A stretch of DNA of 64,000 nucleotides, from NCBI GenBank assembly GCA_963976765.1, contig CAXBME010000015.1, positions 62,001 to 126,000 on the forward strand, written 5' to 3'. Made by a program: the position numbers and the translations under genes. How positions within the stretch are numbered: the stretch's first letter is position 1; the number at the start of each line of letters is the position of its first letter. This document shows, one piece after another, positions 1-10,234 of this stretch. The stretch comes from an uncultured Planctomycetaceae bacterium (GTDB lineage: Bacteria; Planctomycetota; Planctomycetia; Planctomycetales; Planctomycetaceae). The notes below the pieces were generated by a model. The model saw only the letters and a program-made list of their open reading frames with translations. It was not told the origin of the DNA and searched no databases.

Positions 1-172
1 CGCCCAGCGGCGAAAAGTCGATGCTGCGAATCGCCCGGTCCACGCTGTCCGACAGGATGAGCTGCTCGGTCGCCGTGTTGCGAATCGTCTTTCCGCAGCC
101 CGTCAGCAAAACCATTGCAGAAAACAGCACGGTCCGGACAAGCCGCCTGCGGGAATGTGCAATACGAAGCAT
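1..172 (-). CDS. Lipoprotein, 5' part only (runs off the window); resembles planctomycete DUF6655-type proteins
   Basis: My translation from ATG 172: MLRIAHSRRRLVRTVLFSAMVLLTGCGKTIRNTATEQLILSDSVDRAIRSIDF. Basic N-region, hydrophobic stretch and LTGC lipobox. Not in the ORF track. Confidence 0.75.
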   Translation of the reverse strand, partial: MLRIAHSRRRLVRTVLFSAMVLLTGCGKTIRNTATEQLILSDSVDRAIRSIDFSPLG

Positions 173-533
173 TCCAGTCAGCAGCGAATCTCGCCGCGCA
201 GGAAGATCGTCATTCGGAATCCGCGAGGACTGACCGTGCATGGGCAATGAAGTGGAATTCAGGCTGGTTCGGGCAGGAGGGAATAAAGCCCGGAGGGAGG
301 GATATCGCCGCTGGACTCTTTCCAGACAGACTGTGACACCAACGACAGAATCTCGACGACGAGCGAAATGTAGCCGACAAACGGCTCACAAACCTAGAGC
401 GTTCTGAACAGCCAGTTCTGTCGCTGACGTGCGAAGATATTTCGCGAGGAGCCTGGTTCCAGCCTGCGAGAAGAAATTGCCTCATTTCCGGTTCGCCTGA
501 CTTCACACCGCGACGAAGGAGCAGAAAGCGGTT

Positions 534-2543
534 CTAACGAATCTGAGTCAGCTGGCTGGTCGCGGCGTCGAAGACAAACAGGCTGCGGTCAGGAAATGCC
601 TCCGCCGCCAGCCTCGCAGTTTCTTCCTCGGTCGTGCGTGGGTCCGCCGGCAGTCGACCGACCAGCAGCGGACTGGTCAGCGACGGATGATTCGACACAT
701 AGTCGATGTGGCGGTCAGCTGGGTCGTGACGAACCAGCACCAGCGCCGGCAGTTGCTGGATCTGTTGTCGCAGTTGCAGCTGAAACCGGAAGTAGCGAAT
801 TCGCGAAAATGCCAGTTGATTGATCCCGACCGTCAGTCTGGAAACATTCTGAAACGGAGGGATCGCGACATTATTTGTCACGACACTGGCAACCAGCAGC
901 AGCCCGACCCATGCCGTCATCCAGGGGCGATCGGTGTTTGAAAAGTACGTCACCAGAAGCTGCACGGCGGCGGCGACGATCAGGCACCACAGAACTCCCG
1001 ATTCAAAAACGTAGTGCCAGTGAAAGATGCCGTCGTACCAGTATGGAACGTGAGCCGCGTGCAGCGACAGAATCGCGGCCAGGATCAGCCACCAGCGTCC
1101 GTCCAGGTTTCGCCACGCTCCGACCAGAAACACCGTCCCGAGCAGAACGACAGCCACCAGCCCGAGCGTCCATTGCCAGCTTGCCATCAATCGATTCTTG
1201 ACATTCTGTACTGCAAGAGAAGCATCGAGGTTCTCGGCCCATCGGTCGTAGTTTTCGAGCGTTCGATCCGTGATCAGCGGTTGAGCCCGTTCGACATTGT
1301 TAAAGCCAAACATGTGCCGCGGCGTGAAGAGTTCGGTGTAGAGCTGGTAAGGAGTTCGGAACGCGCTGCCGGTAACGCTGGCGTTGCAGATGCCAGCGCC
1401 GACGAACCCGACCGCGAGCGGGATGGCGAAACCAGCCACGACTCCCGCTGCCGTGCGTCTGTCGTGCCGGGCATTTCGAACGAGCCACCAGGCAAGCCAG
1501 ACACCGAACGGAAGTCCGACTCCGGCAGCGGTCATCGGACGGCAAAGCATCGCGAACGACAGGCCGACTCCAGACACTGCTGCGGCAAGAGCAGCTCCTC
1601 TGATGGCTCCAGAAGAATCGGGATTGCAGGCTTCATCCAGCAACCGCTGCATTCTGAGAAACGAGTAGATGAACAAGCCCAGCCCCACGAGCGTTGGCTG
1701 ATGAGCAAGCAACAGATTCCCAAACAGAATCAGTCCCGGCGACAGAGCGGCCAGCAGCCCTGCAAGCAGTCCGACTCCGTTGCACAAAAGTTCTCGACCA
1801 ATCAGAAAGACGAACACACAGATGATTGTCGTCGCGAGCCAGTGCGCAAGGTACGGCTCGCCGAGTATCAGGAACGGAGCGATCCACAGGCCGGTGCCGG
1901 GGAAGTAGCGGCTTGCGAAATTGCCTTCGTTCAGAACGTGCATCTGGTCGAACATTCGAGCCGCCGTCGGGTGACTCGGAAACGACAGTCTTCCGGTCGC
2001 AAACGTTTCCGCCTGAAACAGATAGCTGTACTCGTCGTGGTAGGCCGGCGGCATCTCGGCCAGCGCCGCCGTGCCCGATCGATATCCGGGAACCGCGAAT
2101 TCCGTCATTGAAACTCGCAACACCGAAGTCGCCGCCACACACGCGATGAACAGTCCCGCAATAACGACCGTCAGTCGGCTGCCGCCTGGCGAGTTGCGCG
2201 GCGACTCGCCCAGCCATTTCCTGAGCCGGCCCCACAGCCTGGGCGGGCGAGCCATCAGCGGTTGCCGAATCAACCACATGACGGGCAGCAGAAGACAAAG
2301 CACGGCGTACGGAGTCGTGTCGACATTCATGTCGAACAGCCACGCCGTCCCCGGTTCACCGGTCAGCTCATTCCAGCGGTCGATCTCGGCCGGAACAATA
2401 ATCGCCAGACAGATCGCACACCCAGTCACAAACCCGATCAGCACACGCCGCGACGAGTCGCGACGACTTGCCGCGCACTCCCGACTAGCTGATCCTTCAA
2501 AGGATGCCGTGCCGGAAGATCGACTGGATTCCTGACTCGTCAC
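534..2543 (-). CDS. Polytopic membrane glycosyltransferase, GT-C fold (ArnT/PMT-like)
   Basis: 669 aa with many TM segments and an acidic YHDEYSY motif in an early loop, as in GT-C enzymes. Confidence 0.7.
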   Translation of the reverse strand: MTSQESSRSSGTASFEGSASRECAASRRDSSRRVLIGFVTGCAICLAIIVPAEIDRWNELTGEPGTAWLFDMNVDTTPYAVLCLLLPVMWLIRQPLMARPPRLWGRLRKWLGESPRNSPGGSRLTVVIAGLFIACVAATSVLRVSMTEFAVPGYRSGTAALAEMPPAYHDEYSYLFQAETFATGRLSFPSHPTAARMFDQMHVLNEGNFASRYFPGTGLWIAPFLILGEPYLAHWLATTIICVFVFLIGRELLCNGVGLLAGLLAALSPGLILFGNLLLAHQPTLVGLGLFIYSFLRMQRLLDEACNPDSSGAIRGAALAAAVSGVGLSFAMLCRPMTAAGVGLPFGVWLAWWLVRNARHDRRTAAGVVAGFAIPLAVGFVGAGICNASVTGSAFRTPYQLYTELFTPRHMFGFNNVERAQPLITDRTLENYDRWAENLDASLAVQNVKNRLMASWQWTLGLVAVVLLGTVFLVGAWRNLDGRWWLILAAILSLHAAHVPYWYDGIFHWHYVFESGVLWCLIVAAAVQLLVTYFSNTDRPWMTAWVGLLLVASVVTNNVAIPPFQNVSRLTVGINQLAFSRIRYFRFQLQLRQQIQQLPALVLVRHDPADRHIDYVSNHPSLTSPLLVGRLPADPRTTEEETARLAAEAFPDRSLFVFDAATSQLTQIR

Positions 2544-2876
2544 GCCAATTTAATTCCGGTTAACTCGATGAACAAAGCCACTTAACTCACGCATTTCGAG
2601 CCCGGGCCTGAAACAGAAAGATCACTGTCGCGTCATCGCTACCAGCTTGTCCAGACATGCGGCCTTCCAATGATCTGAATTTCTCAGATCAATGTCGCGA
2701 GAATTCACACCGGTTCCATTCGGTGTGAACGCCACGCCTGGTGGCGGCGGACGAACGATTCGCAGCCCGCTCGAAAGTTGTTAAAAGCTCAACAACCCAG
2801 GAGTCAAACTGCTGAATCCACATTTCAGAAAGACAGTGTCGACAGGGTCAATCAGCATATGTTTGGGGATATTCGA

Positions 2877-5615
2877 ATGAAAAGTGACCAGGCAGACAAG
2901 ACTCGAGATCGGCTGATTGATCTGCTGGACCTTGTGGTGCGGGAACAGGTGGGTGAATCGCTTGCCGATACGATGCAGCGGATTCGCCGGCTGGCGTACG
3001 AGCGACGTGCGGGCCTGCCTGATGCGGATTCGCGGTTAACCTGCGAACTTGCCAGCCTCAACCCAGTCGAAATGCGTGCAGTCATTCGCTGGCTCAGCCT
3101 GTACTTTGATCTGGCAAATCTTGCCGAAGATCTGCAACGAGTCAGCGTTCTGAGAAGCCGTGACGACGCGGCCCGCGCCAAGGGCACTCCACGTTATGAA
3201 TCAATCGAAGCAGCGGTAACCGAGTTACAGTCCCAAGGGCTTTCGGCAGCCGAAATGCAGCGATGGCTGGATCGCCTGAAGATTGAACCAGTCTTCACCG
3301 CTCACCCCTCTGAAGCCAAACGGCGAACAACCCGGCAACTGTTGCGACGCATTCGAGAACTGCTGCCCGGCATCGCGTCGATGAACGCAGAATCAACGGA
3401 GGCCGAACTGCTCGCCAACCTGACTGTGTTGTGGCAAAGCGATCTCGTCCGACCAGATCGGCCACCCGTCATGAGTGAAGTAAGCCGGGGAGTTTACTTT
3501 GCCGCGACGCTCTGGAACGTAGTCCCTCAGACGTACAACGACCTGCGTAACGCATTATTCAGCGCCTATCCGCAGCATCACTTTGAGCTGCCACAGTTTC
3601 TTTCGTTCGGCACATGGATCGGCGGCGATCGTGATGGGCATCCGTTCGTCACAGCTGATATCACAAAGAAAACGTTTACCCGATTACGTCGTGCGGCCCT
3701 GGAAGGACACCTCGAAGAATGCCGAAAACTGCACAGTCAGTTCGTCATGTCCGACCAGCAGATTTCGTCGGCGCAACCTCTTCGAATCAAACTTCAGGAC
3801 TGCCGTGATCGCTGGGCGGACTTGCAGGAGAGGCTCGCGCCGATATCCGGCAGAGAAACGTACCGGCAGTTTCTACGACTGCTGGAGTTCCGACTCGAAC
3901 AGACTCTCGCGTCAATCGACGGCACCATAGCCAGAGATGGGCGATACGAGTCGGTCAACGACTTTCGCGGCGACCTTACTCTGCTCCATGAAAGCATGTC
4001 GGCAAATCGAGGCCGACGAATTATCGAGCAATACCTGCAACCCTGGATCGATCGGGTCGACACGTTCGGTTTTCACTTCGCTTCGCTCGACATCCGCCAG
4101 AATTCCGAAGTTCATCGACAGTGTCTCCTCGAAGTCATCGCTCAGCAATCTCAGCGGGAAACTGCGCCAGAGGATCTTTCGAATGACGGGTTACGGGGTG
4201 TTGTCTCTCAGGAAATGGCTCCCGGCATCATCGACATCGAACGACTGTCAGCAGCATCGCGGGAAGTTTTCGATACGTTCCTGCTACTGGCATCCGAGTA
4301 CGAACACTGGGGCGTTCAACCGATTGGCGGCTACATCATCAGCATGACACACTCGCCTGTCGATGTGCTGACGGTTTTGTGGTTATGGAGAACAGCCTGG
4401 GCTCAGCATCACAAAGACGAGGCGAACCTGCCGGCGATGCCGATTATACCCTTGTTTGAAACGATTAATGATCTTCGCAATGCCGCGACAATTCTCGATG
4501 AGCTGCTCAACGTTCCGGTCTACCGTCGGTGGCTGACACAATCGGGGCGGCAGCACCAGACCGTGATGGTCGGCTACTCGGACAGCACGAAAGACGGCGG
4601 CTATCTGACAGCCTGCTGGGAACTGCACCAGGCTCAGGAGCAACTCGCCGCCGTCGCCGAGAAAAATCACATTGAACTGACCGTCTTTCACGGTCGCGGT
4701 GGTGCACTGGGACGAGGTGGTGGTCCAGCCGCTCGAGCCATCCGATCACTTCCTCAGAAAGCTGTCGCAGGGAAACTCAGAGTTACCGAACAGGGCGAGG
4801 TTCTCTCAGAACGTTACGACGATCCCGTCATCGCTCATCGGCATCTTGAGCAGATCATTAACGCAACGCTGCTGGTCAGTGCCGGCACCAGTCGAACCAC
4901 CGAACCAACGTGGATCGAAGCGATGAATCAGTTGACCGAGACGTCATTCCTCGCGTACCGCCAACTGGTCGAGCACCCTGGTTTTCTGCATTACTTTGAC
5001 CGGGCAACGCCGATCAGTGAAATCGAAACGCTGCCGATCGGTTCTCGCCCGGCCCGCCGTGGACAACGGAAATCGCTCAGTGACCTGCGAGCCATTCCCT
5101 GGACATTTGCATGGACACAGTCTCGACACATTCTGCCAGCGTGGTTTGGACTTGGAACCGCCGTCCGAACTTTTGTTGACACCACCGATTCAGACTGGTC
5201 GACGCTGCGAGCCATGTATGTCGAGTGGCCGATGTTCCGCGCGTTGATCGACAATGCCGAACTGGCGCTCGCCAAGGCGGACATGGAGATTGCGAGGTCG
5301 TACGCTGCCCTGGCCAGCGACGAGCCGTGCGAAGAAATCTGGAAGATGGTCTCTTCAGAATTCGAACGCAGCCGCGGGGCCATCATTCTCATTAAGGAGA
5401 CCAGTGACTTGCTTGCCGATACCGAATGGCTCCGAAAGTCTGTGCTGAACCGCAACCCGTATGTCGACCCGCTGAACCTTTCACAGATCAACCTGCTCAC
5501 CAGGCTTCGAAGTCACTCTTCAGAAGCCCCACAGGCCGACCCCGACTCTGAGCTGACGAACCTGGTGCGACTCTCGATCCAGGGAATTGCCGCCGGCCTG
5601 CGAACAACCGGATAG
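2877..5615 (+). CDS. ppc: Phosphoenolpyruvate carboxylase
   Basis: Motifs VFTAHPSE, WIGGDRDG, VMVGYSDSTKDGG, FHGRGGALGRGG, LRAIPW and C-terminal GLRTTG. Start chosen at ATG 2877 after GGGGA; the ORF is open from 2778. Confidence 0.97.
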   Translation: MKSDQADKTRDRLIDLLDLVVREQVGESLADTMQRIRRLAYERRAGLPDADSRLTCELASLNPVEMRAVIRWLSLYFDLANLAEDLQRVSVLRSRDDAARAKGTPRYESIEAAVTELQSQGLSAAEMQRWLDRLKIEPVFTAHPSEAKRRTTRQLLRRIRELLPGIASMNAESTEAELLANLTVLWQSDLVRPDRPPVMSEVSRGVYFAATLWNVVPQTYNDLRNALFSAYPQHHFELPQFLSFGTWIGGDRDGHPFVTADITKKTFTRLRRAALEGHLEECRKLHSQFVMSDQQISSAQPLRIKLQDCRDRWADLQERLAPISGRETYRQFLRLLEFRLEQTLASIDGTIARDGRYESVNDFRGDLTLLHESMSANRGRRIIEQYLQPWIDRVDTFGFHFASLDIRQNSEVHRQCLLEVIAQQSQRETAPEDLSNDGLRGVVSQEMAPGIIDIERLSAASREVFDTFLLLASEYEHWGVQPIGGYIISMTHSPVDVLTVLWLWRTAWAQHHKDEANLPAMPIIPLFETINDLRNAATILDELLNVPVYRRWLTQSGRQHQTVMVGYSDSTKDGGYLTACWELHQAQEQLAAVAEKNHIELTVFHGRGGALGRGGGPAARAIRSLPQKAVAGKLRVTEQGEVLSERYDDPVIAHRHLEQIINATLLVSAGTSRTTEPTWIEAMNQLTETSFLAYRQLVEHPGFLHYFDRATPISEIETLPIGSRPARRGQRKSLSDLRAIPWTFAWTQSRHILPAWFGLGTAVRTFVDTTDSDWSTLRAMYVEWPMFRALIDNAELALAKADMEIARSYAALASDEPCEEIWKMVSSEFERSRGAIILIKETSDLLADTEWLRKSVLNRNPYVDPLNLSQINLLTRLRSHSSEAPQADPDSELTNLVRLSIQGIAAGLRTTG

Positions 5616-5654
5616 CAAGAATCGTTCGTCTGAGTTTCCAATGAGCCGCGAAGC

Positions 5655-8165
5655 TCACTTCGCGAGGATTCGGGTGACGCCGGAATTGTTGACACGGATG
5701 GGGGGAAGAAAGCCGTCGGGATCGGGAGTCGACGACGTCGTTTTGCTGACCGAGTCGGTGGTTGATGCGGTCGACACGGTGCTCGCGGCTGTTAATGAAC
5801 TTCGCAGAGCTGTACGCGCGGCAGGGGCCATTGTGTGTCGGATCGGGGTCCGGGCAGCGAACTCGACTGTGTCAGCAGACTGACCGGGCGACGTGATTTG
5901 CGAAGGCGAAATTTGAGCGGACTTCCGATCCGGCATGATGGATTTCGCCGTGTTTGGCCGTACTGTTCGTGGCTTCGCAGGAGCAGACGGTGGAGCGAGC
6001 ATATTCAGTGGCGATGGTTCGGGAATTTTTCGGAGACTGTTCAGACCATCGTTGTTGAAATTCGCGCTTCCGTCTGGTGCAGAGCCTGGCACGGAAGCAT
6101 CATCCGCCGATGGATTTTCGTCGCTCTCATCTTCGACCGGTGGCGAGAGAGCAGACTCTGTCGTCATCGGACGGGTTGCTGGCAGCGGCCCGGCACTGAA
6201 GTAGTCGTCGTCGGAAGGTGTACTGAACGATGCTTCGACGAACTCTGCGGGTTCCGTGTGTTTTCGGTTGGAAGCATCAAACGAGTAGGTCCGCGATTTC
6301 GCTCGACGGTAGGCGTCGTAGTAGGCCTCGGGATCCCACTCGCCTTCGGCCATGTAGACATTGTTAAACGGCAGCAACGTTCCCTGGCGGTAGTGCAGGT
6401 TGGCAATCGCCTGGCTGTAGGCGACCAGCGATCGGAAGTAAGCGACTTCAGCTTCGGCGAGACTTGACTGAGCTCGCAGCAGCAGGTCCAGAGTTTGCGT
6501 GCCGACTCGGAATTTCTTCTCGAACAACTCGGCGCGATCTTTTGCAGCTTCGCGGCGGTTGAAGAACGTCTGCGCGGTCAGATACTTCTCGGCAAGTTCC
6601 TGAAACGCGCTGCCGACTTCGTGCGCGATTTCCAGCTCCTGAGCAGACAGCACGTCGCGAGCCTTCGCCAGACGCAGTTCGATGTTCTGCACCTGAGCCC
6701 TCGCCGAACGCAGGCCGATGGGCATTTCCATGATGAAACCAGTCGACCAGCCGGTCTGCTGGTTATCCGTCAGTGTGTCGTAAAAACTGCTGAACTTCTG
6801 GCTTCCGTTATGGTCAATCAGGTCGTCGCCGAAACCGTTGACCGAATACCCAGCCACAAAGTCCAGGCGAGGACGTACGAGGCTCGACGCGGCCAGCAAC
6901 TGAAGCTCCAGGCTCTTGATGTTCCACTTGTGCCGTCGCAGTTCGACTCGGTTGGTGAGCGCATCGGCGACACTGCTGGCCCAGTCAGGATCGAGGCGGG
7001 CGGTCAGTGGTTCGTCACTCGGGCGGATGATCATTCCGTCATTCACCGACAGGCCAATCAGCCGACGAAGTGCTGATTCGTTTTTGTAGAGCAGGGAAAG
7101 GTTCTGCTGAGTGATCGCCTTTGTGTTGAAATACTGGTCGCGAGCCTGGGCTTCGTCTTCGACCGAGAACCCTCGCACGCCGCCAATTTCCAGCTTGCGT
7201 TTCGAATCACGCCATGTTCGCAACGCGCTGTTTCGAGCGGAGACATTTGTGTCGTAAATACGGTACTGGAGGTACAGCTCCCAGTAAGAATCTTCGACGT
7301 CCTTGACGAGGTTCGTCAGGTTAGCTTCGAAGTCAGTCAGCGAGATGTCCTGATTGATCCGGGCGATTGACACACCCTGAGTCACGCCGGTGAGACCACC
7401 AAACGAGGCCGAGATCGGGCCGGCAATTCGAGTGAACTCGGTCCCCGAACCAGCCAGCAAAGGATGCCGGTATCTTGCATTCACGTACCCCGAGTACGAC
7501 GACGAGAACAGGCTGGGAGAGTTACTGCCGAGGTAATTGACCTCGTGGCCCAGCTCAAACGAACCGCCATACGCGAAGTTCTTGGAAAGCGTCGCGCTGA
7601 AGTTGCCAGTCTCGCCCACAAAGATCGATCCACCAGGCAGGTTATTACCAGCCGGGTTATTCTGCACCGACTCGTTGCGGCCCCACGTCATCTGAGTCGT
7701 GAAGTTGGTATCGAACGACGCCAGGGCCGATTCGACGCCGCGGCTGCCAAACAGAACTCCGGTCGACTGAATCGACGGGTCGTAGATCGAGGGTGCCCGT
7801 TCGGGGCTGGACAGAATCGCGTTGCCGGAAGAGTTGAACGATGCCTTCGCGCGAATCACAGTGCTGTTAAGGAGAGCCGTCCGAATACACTCTTCGAGCG
7901 ACATATCGCGGATCTCATCCTTGTTGAGATCCATAACCGTCCGCGGCTCGTGCGATAATGTGACCTCGTCAGGACTGGCCTGATACACCGTCGGATAGTC
8001 AATCTTCGTGGCCTGATCGAGGTAGTAGTCCAACTCCTCGGTGCCGTCTTCCGGCGAAACTCGAGATTCACCGACCAGATACTGCAGATCACCCACCTTC
8101 GCGCAGCCACTTAGCAGGGCGACTCCACAAAGAGACATCAAAACACTTTTGAGCAATTTCAACAT
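5655..8165 (-). CDS. TolC/outer-membrane efflux family lipoprotein with a long low-complexity C-tail
   Basis: LLSGC lipobox, OEP-type helical repeats (VEDSYWEL, NRVELRR, LDLLLRAQ) and a P/S/T/A-rich tail. Confidence 0.85.
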   Translation of the reverse strand: MLKLLKSVLMSLCGVALLSGCAKVGDLQYLVGESRVSPEDGTEELDYYLDQATKIDYPTVYQASPDEVTLSHEPRTVMDLNKDEIRDMSLEECIRTALLNSTVIRAKASFNSSGNAILSSPERAPSIYDPSIQSTGVLFGSRGVESALASFDTNFTTQMTWGRNESVQNNPAGNNLPGGSIFVGETGNFSATLSKNFAYGGSFELGHEVNYLGSNSPSLFSSSYSGYVNARYRHPLLAGSGTEFTRIAGPISASFGGLTGVTQGVSIARINQDISLTDFEANLTNLVKDVEDSYWELYLQYRIYDTNVSARNSALRTWRDSKRKLEIGGVRGFSVEDEAQARDQYFNTKAITQQNLSLLYKNESALRRLIGLSVNDGMIIRPSDEPLTARLDPDWASSVADALTNRVELRRHKWNIKSLELQLLAASSLVRPRLDFVAGYSVNGFGDDLIDHNGSQKFSSFYDTLTDNQQTGWSTGFIMEMPIGLRSARAQVQNIELRLAKARDVLSAQELEIAHEVGSAFQELAEKYLTAQTFFNRREAAKDRAELFEKKFRVGTQTLDLLLRAQSSLAEAEVAYFRSLVAYSQAIANLHYRQGTLLPFNNVYMAEGEWDPEAYYDAYRRAKSRTYSFDASNRKHTEPAEFVEASFSTPSDDDYFSAGPLPATRPMTTESALSPPVEDESDENPSADDASVPGSAPDGSANFNNDGLNSLRKIPEPSPLNMLAPPSAPAKPRTVRPNTAKSIMPDRKSAQISPSQITSPGQSADTVEFAARTPIRHTMAPAARTALRSSLTAASTVSTASTTDSVSKTTSSTPDPDGFLPPIRVNNSGVTRILAK

Positions 8166-8255
8166 ACCGAACCCCTGAAACGGCGATTATCAACAATCGA
8201 GCGACGCGCAATGACTGCGAGCCTCGACATAATCGCTACAGGTGGTATCGGCTTC

Positions 8256-8546
8256 CTAATCCGCAGACTTTGACGGTTCCTCGTTTTCAGGAGCAAACTC
8301 CTGGTACGGTTTGCCGAGGGCCTTCTTGATCAGGATCAGTTCACCAGCGTCGTTTCCTTCAATCGCGTGCCCGGCAAATTGCAGAACGTATCCACCGACG
8401 AAAGCGGCTGCCGCCCACATGGGTTGCTGCCAGATCAGCAGAACGATTGAACAAACGAAGGTCAAAGGCACCCCCACAACATGCAGAACCTGGTTCGCCC
8501 TGTTCTGGTGCCGAGCAACGTAATTAGCAATGAATCGAGTCAGCAT
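8256..8546 (-). CDS. DUF962/Mpo1-like small membrane protein
   Basis: YVARHQNRANQVLHVVGVP and LQFAGHAIEGN motifs. Confidence 0.85.
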   Translation of the reverse strand: MLTRFIANYVARHQNRANQVLHVVGVPLTFVCSIVLLIWQQPMWAAAAFVGGYVLQFAGHAIEGNDAGELILIKKALGKPYQEFAPENEEPSKSAD

Positions 8547-8891
8547 CTCAAATGGATTCCGAATTGTATTCAGTCTGAAAAACCGGGCGTTTCCAGCATC
8601 ACTCGGGCTGTTGAGATCTCCACCGAAGAAAGCCTTCAGCCACCGAACCGAGTGGAATTCACCCGAATTCTTATATTCTGATTTTCGTGGTGCAACTCAT
8701 AAGCCAGCAAGGTCAGCCTGATCGGTACGGCTGGAATCGAGCGGCGTTTACTGAATCGATGGCGCCTAACCTCGCTGGTTTCACTGGATTGCGAGGACTA
8801 TACTCCGCCGCAAACTTGGCTGCGGGAGTTACAAAATTCCCGGAGTCGGCTATTGAAACCCCTATGCGATGATAATGAGGAGAAATCCGAG

Positions 8892-9965
8892 ATGCCGCCG
8901 AGTTCTGCCGCCACTGATCCGCAGGACTCGGGATCCGCAAACTCGGAGACATCCGAACGTCCACTGGTCAGTGACCGCACGAATTCGTTGCTCGGAATTC
9001 AGATCATTTCGTCCGGCTCGTACGTGCCGGAACTGGTCGTTTCGAACGAACAACTGCGGGACGAACGAGGTTTCGATCCGGACTGGATTAAGCAACGGAC
9101 TGGAATTCTTGCCCGGCGACACGCACCGCCGGACGTCGCGACCAGCGACATGGCCTTTGAGGCTGCCAGAATCGCCATCGAGCGTGCGAACGTGAATCCT
9201 GCAGACATCGATCTGCTGATCATTGGAACGTTCACACCAGACTACTGTTGCCCATCAACCGCCTGCCTGGTTCAGGATCGCCTCGGACTCGTCTGTCCGG
9301 CTGTCGATCTGCAGGCTGCCTGTTCGGGGTTTATGTACTCGCTGGTGACAGGTTCTCAATTTGTCGCGACCGGTAACAGCAAGCTGGCATTGATCATCGG
9401 AGCGGACTGTAACAGCCGCATCGTCGATCAATCGGACCGAACAATCGCTCCGCTGTTCGGCGATGGCGCCGGAGCCGTTCTGATGACTCGTGGTGAGGCT
9501 ACGCAAGGACTCATCTGCTACCAGCTCGGTTCTGACGGCAGTGGCGGTCCACTTTTGCAGTGCACCTCCGGTGGAACCAAAGAACCGAACACTCCGGAAG
9601 TCATCGCAGCTGGCGACCACTTGCTGAAGATGGATGGTCGCAACGTTTTCAAATGGGCGGTCAGAGTTGTTCAGGAATCGATTGAACTGGTCCTTCGCAA
9701 AGCGGGCATGTCCGCCGATGACGTCAGCCTGTTTCTGATCCACCAGGCAAATATTCGAATTGTCGACGCGGCGATGGAAAAGCTGGGAATTCCCGCATCA
9801 AAAGTGGCAGTCAACCTTGATCAGTACGGCAACACATCGGCAGCGTCGATTCCACTTTGCCTCGACGAAGCTCAGCAGGCAGGTCGGATCAAGTCTGGCG
9901 ACATCCTGCTGATGTGTGGTTTCGGCGGCGGCTTGACCTGGGGCACGGCTCTTTACCGCTGGTAG
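8892..9965 (+). CDS. fabH: 3-oxoacyl-ACP synthase III
   Basis: Catalytic triad motifs AACSGF, HQAN and GNTSAAS, plus GFGGGLTWG. Start at ATG 8892 after GAGGAG. Confidence 0.96.
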   Translation: MPPSSAATDPQDSGSANSETSERPLVSDRTNSLLGIQIISSGSYVPELVVSNEQLRDERGFDPDWIKQRTGILARRHAPPDVATSDMAFEAARIAIERANVNPADIDLLIIGTFTPDYCCPSTACLVQDRLGLVCPAVDLQAACSGFMYSLVTGSQFVATGNSKLALIIGADCNSRIVDQSDRTIAPLFGDGAGAVLMTRGEATQGLICYQLGSDGSGGPLLQCTSGGTKEPNTPEVIAAGDHLLKMDGRNVFKWAVRVVQESIELVLRKAGMSADDVSLFLIHQANIRIVDAAMEKLGIPASKVAVNLDQYGNTSAASIPLCLDEAQQAGRIKSGDILLMCGFGGGLTWGTALYRW

Positions 9966-10006
9966 GCAGAATCTGTTCTGGCGTTTCTACCGCGTTCTTT
10001 TCCGTC

Positions 10007-10093
10007 GAATATCGAATATTCGGCAAGGAATATCAAAATTTGAGAGTCTTGAAGACGCCGTCCTTCAAAATTCGTATCTCAATTGCAGTAATC
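10007..10093 (+). repeat. Degenerate hairpin-type intergenic element; related copy at 63292-63388
   Basis: GAATATCGAATATTCGGCAAGGAATATCAAAATTTGAG resembles the reverse complement of 63349-63388, GAATCGCTGAATATCGAACACGGAATGACGAATTCTGAAG. Confidence 0.55.
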
Positions 10094-10234
10094 AGACACG
10101 GTTCTCGGTAGAATCGCGTTTCGCTTTTCGGACTCGACAGGTCTTACCAGCCTGCTCAGTGTCCGACTCTTTACCCGGTGAGGATGGTTCCGGCCGACTT
10201 CTCACCCCAATTGCTTAACGCGGAATTCAGAGAA

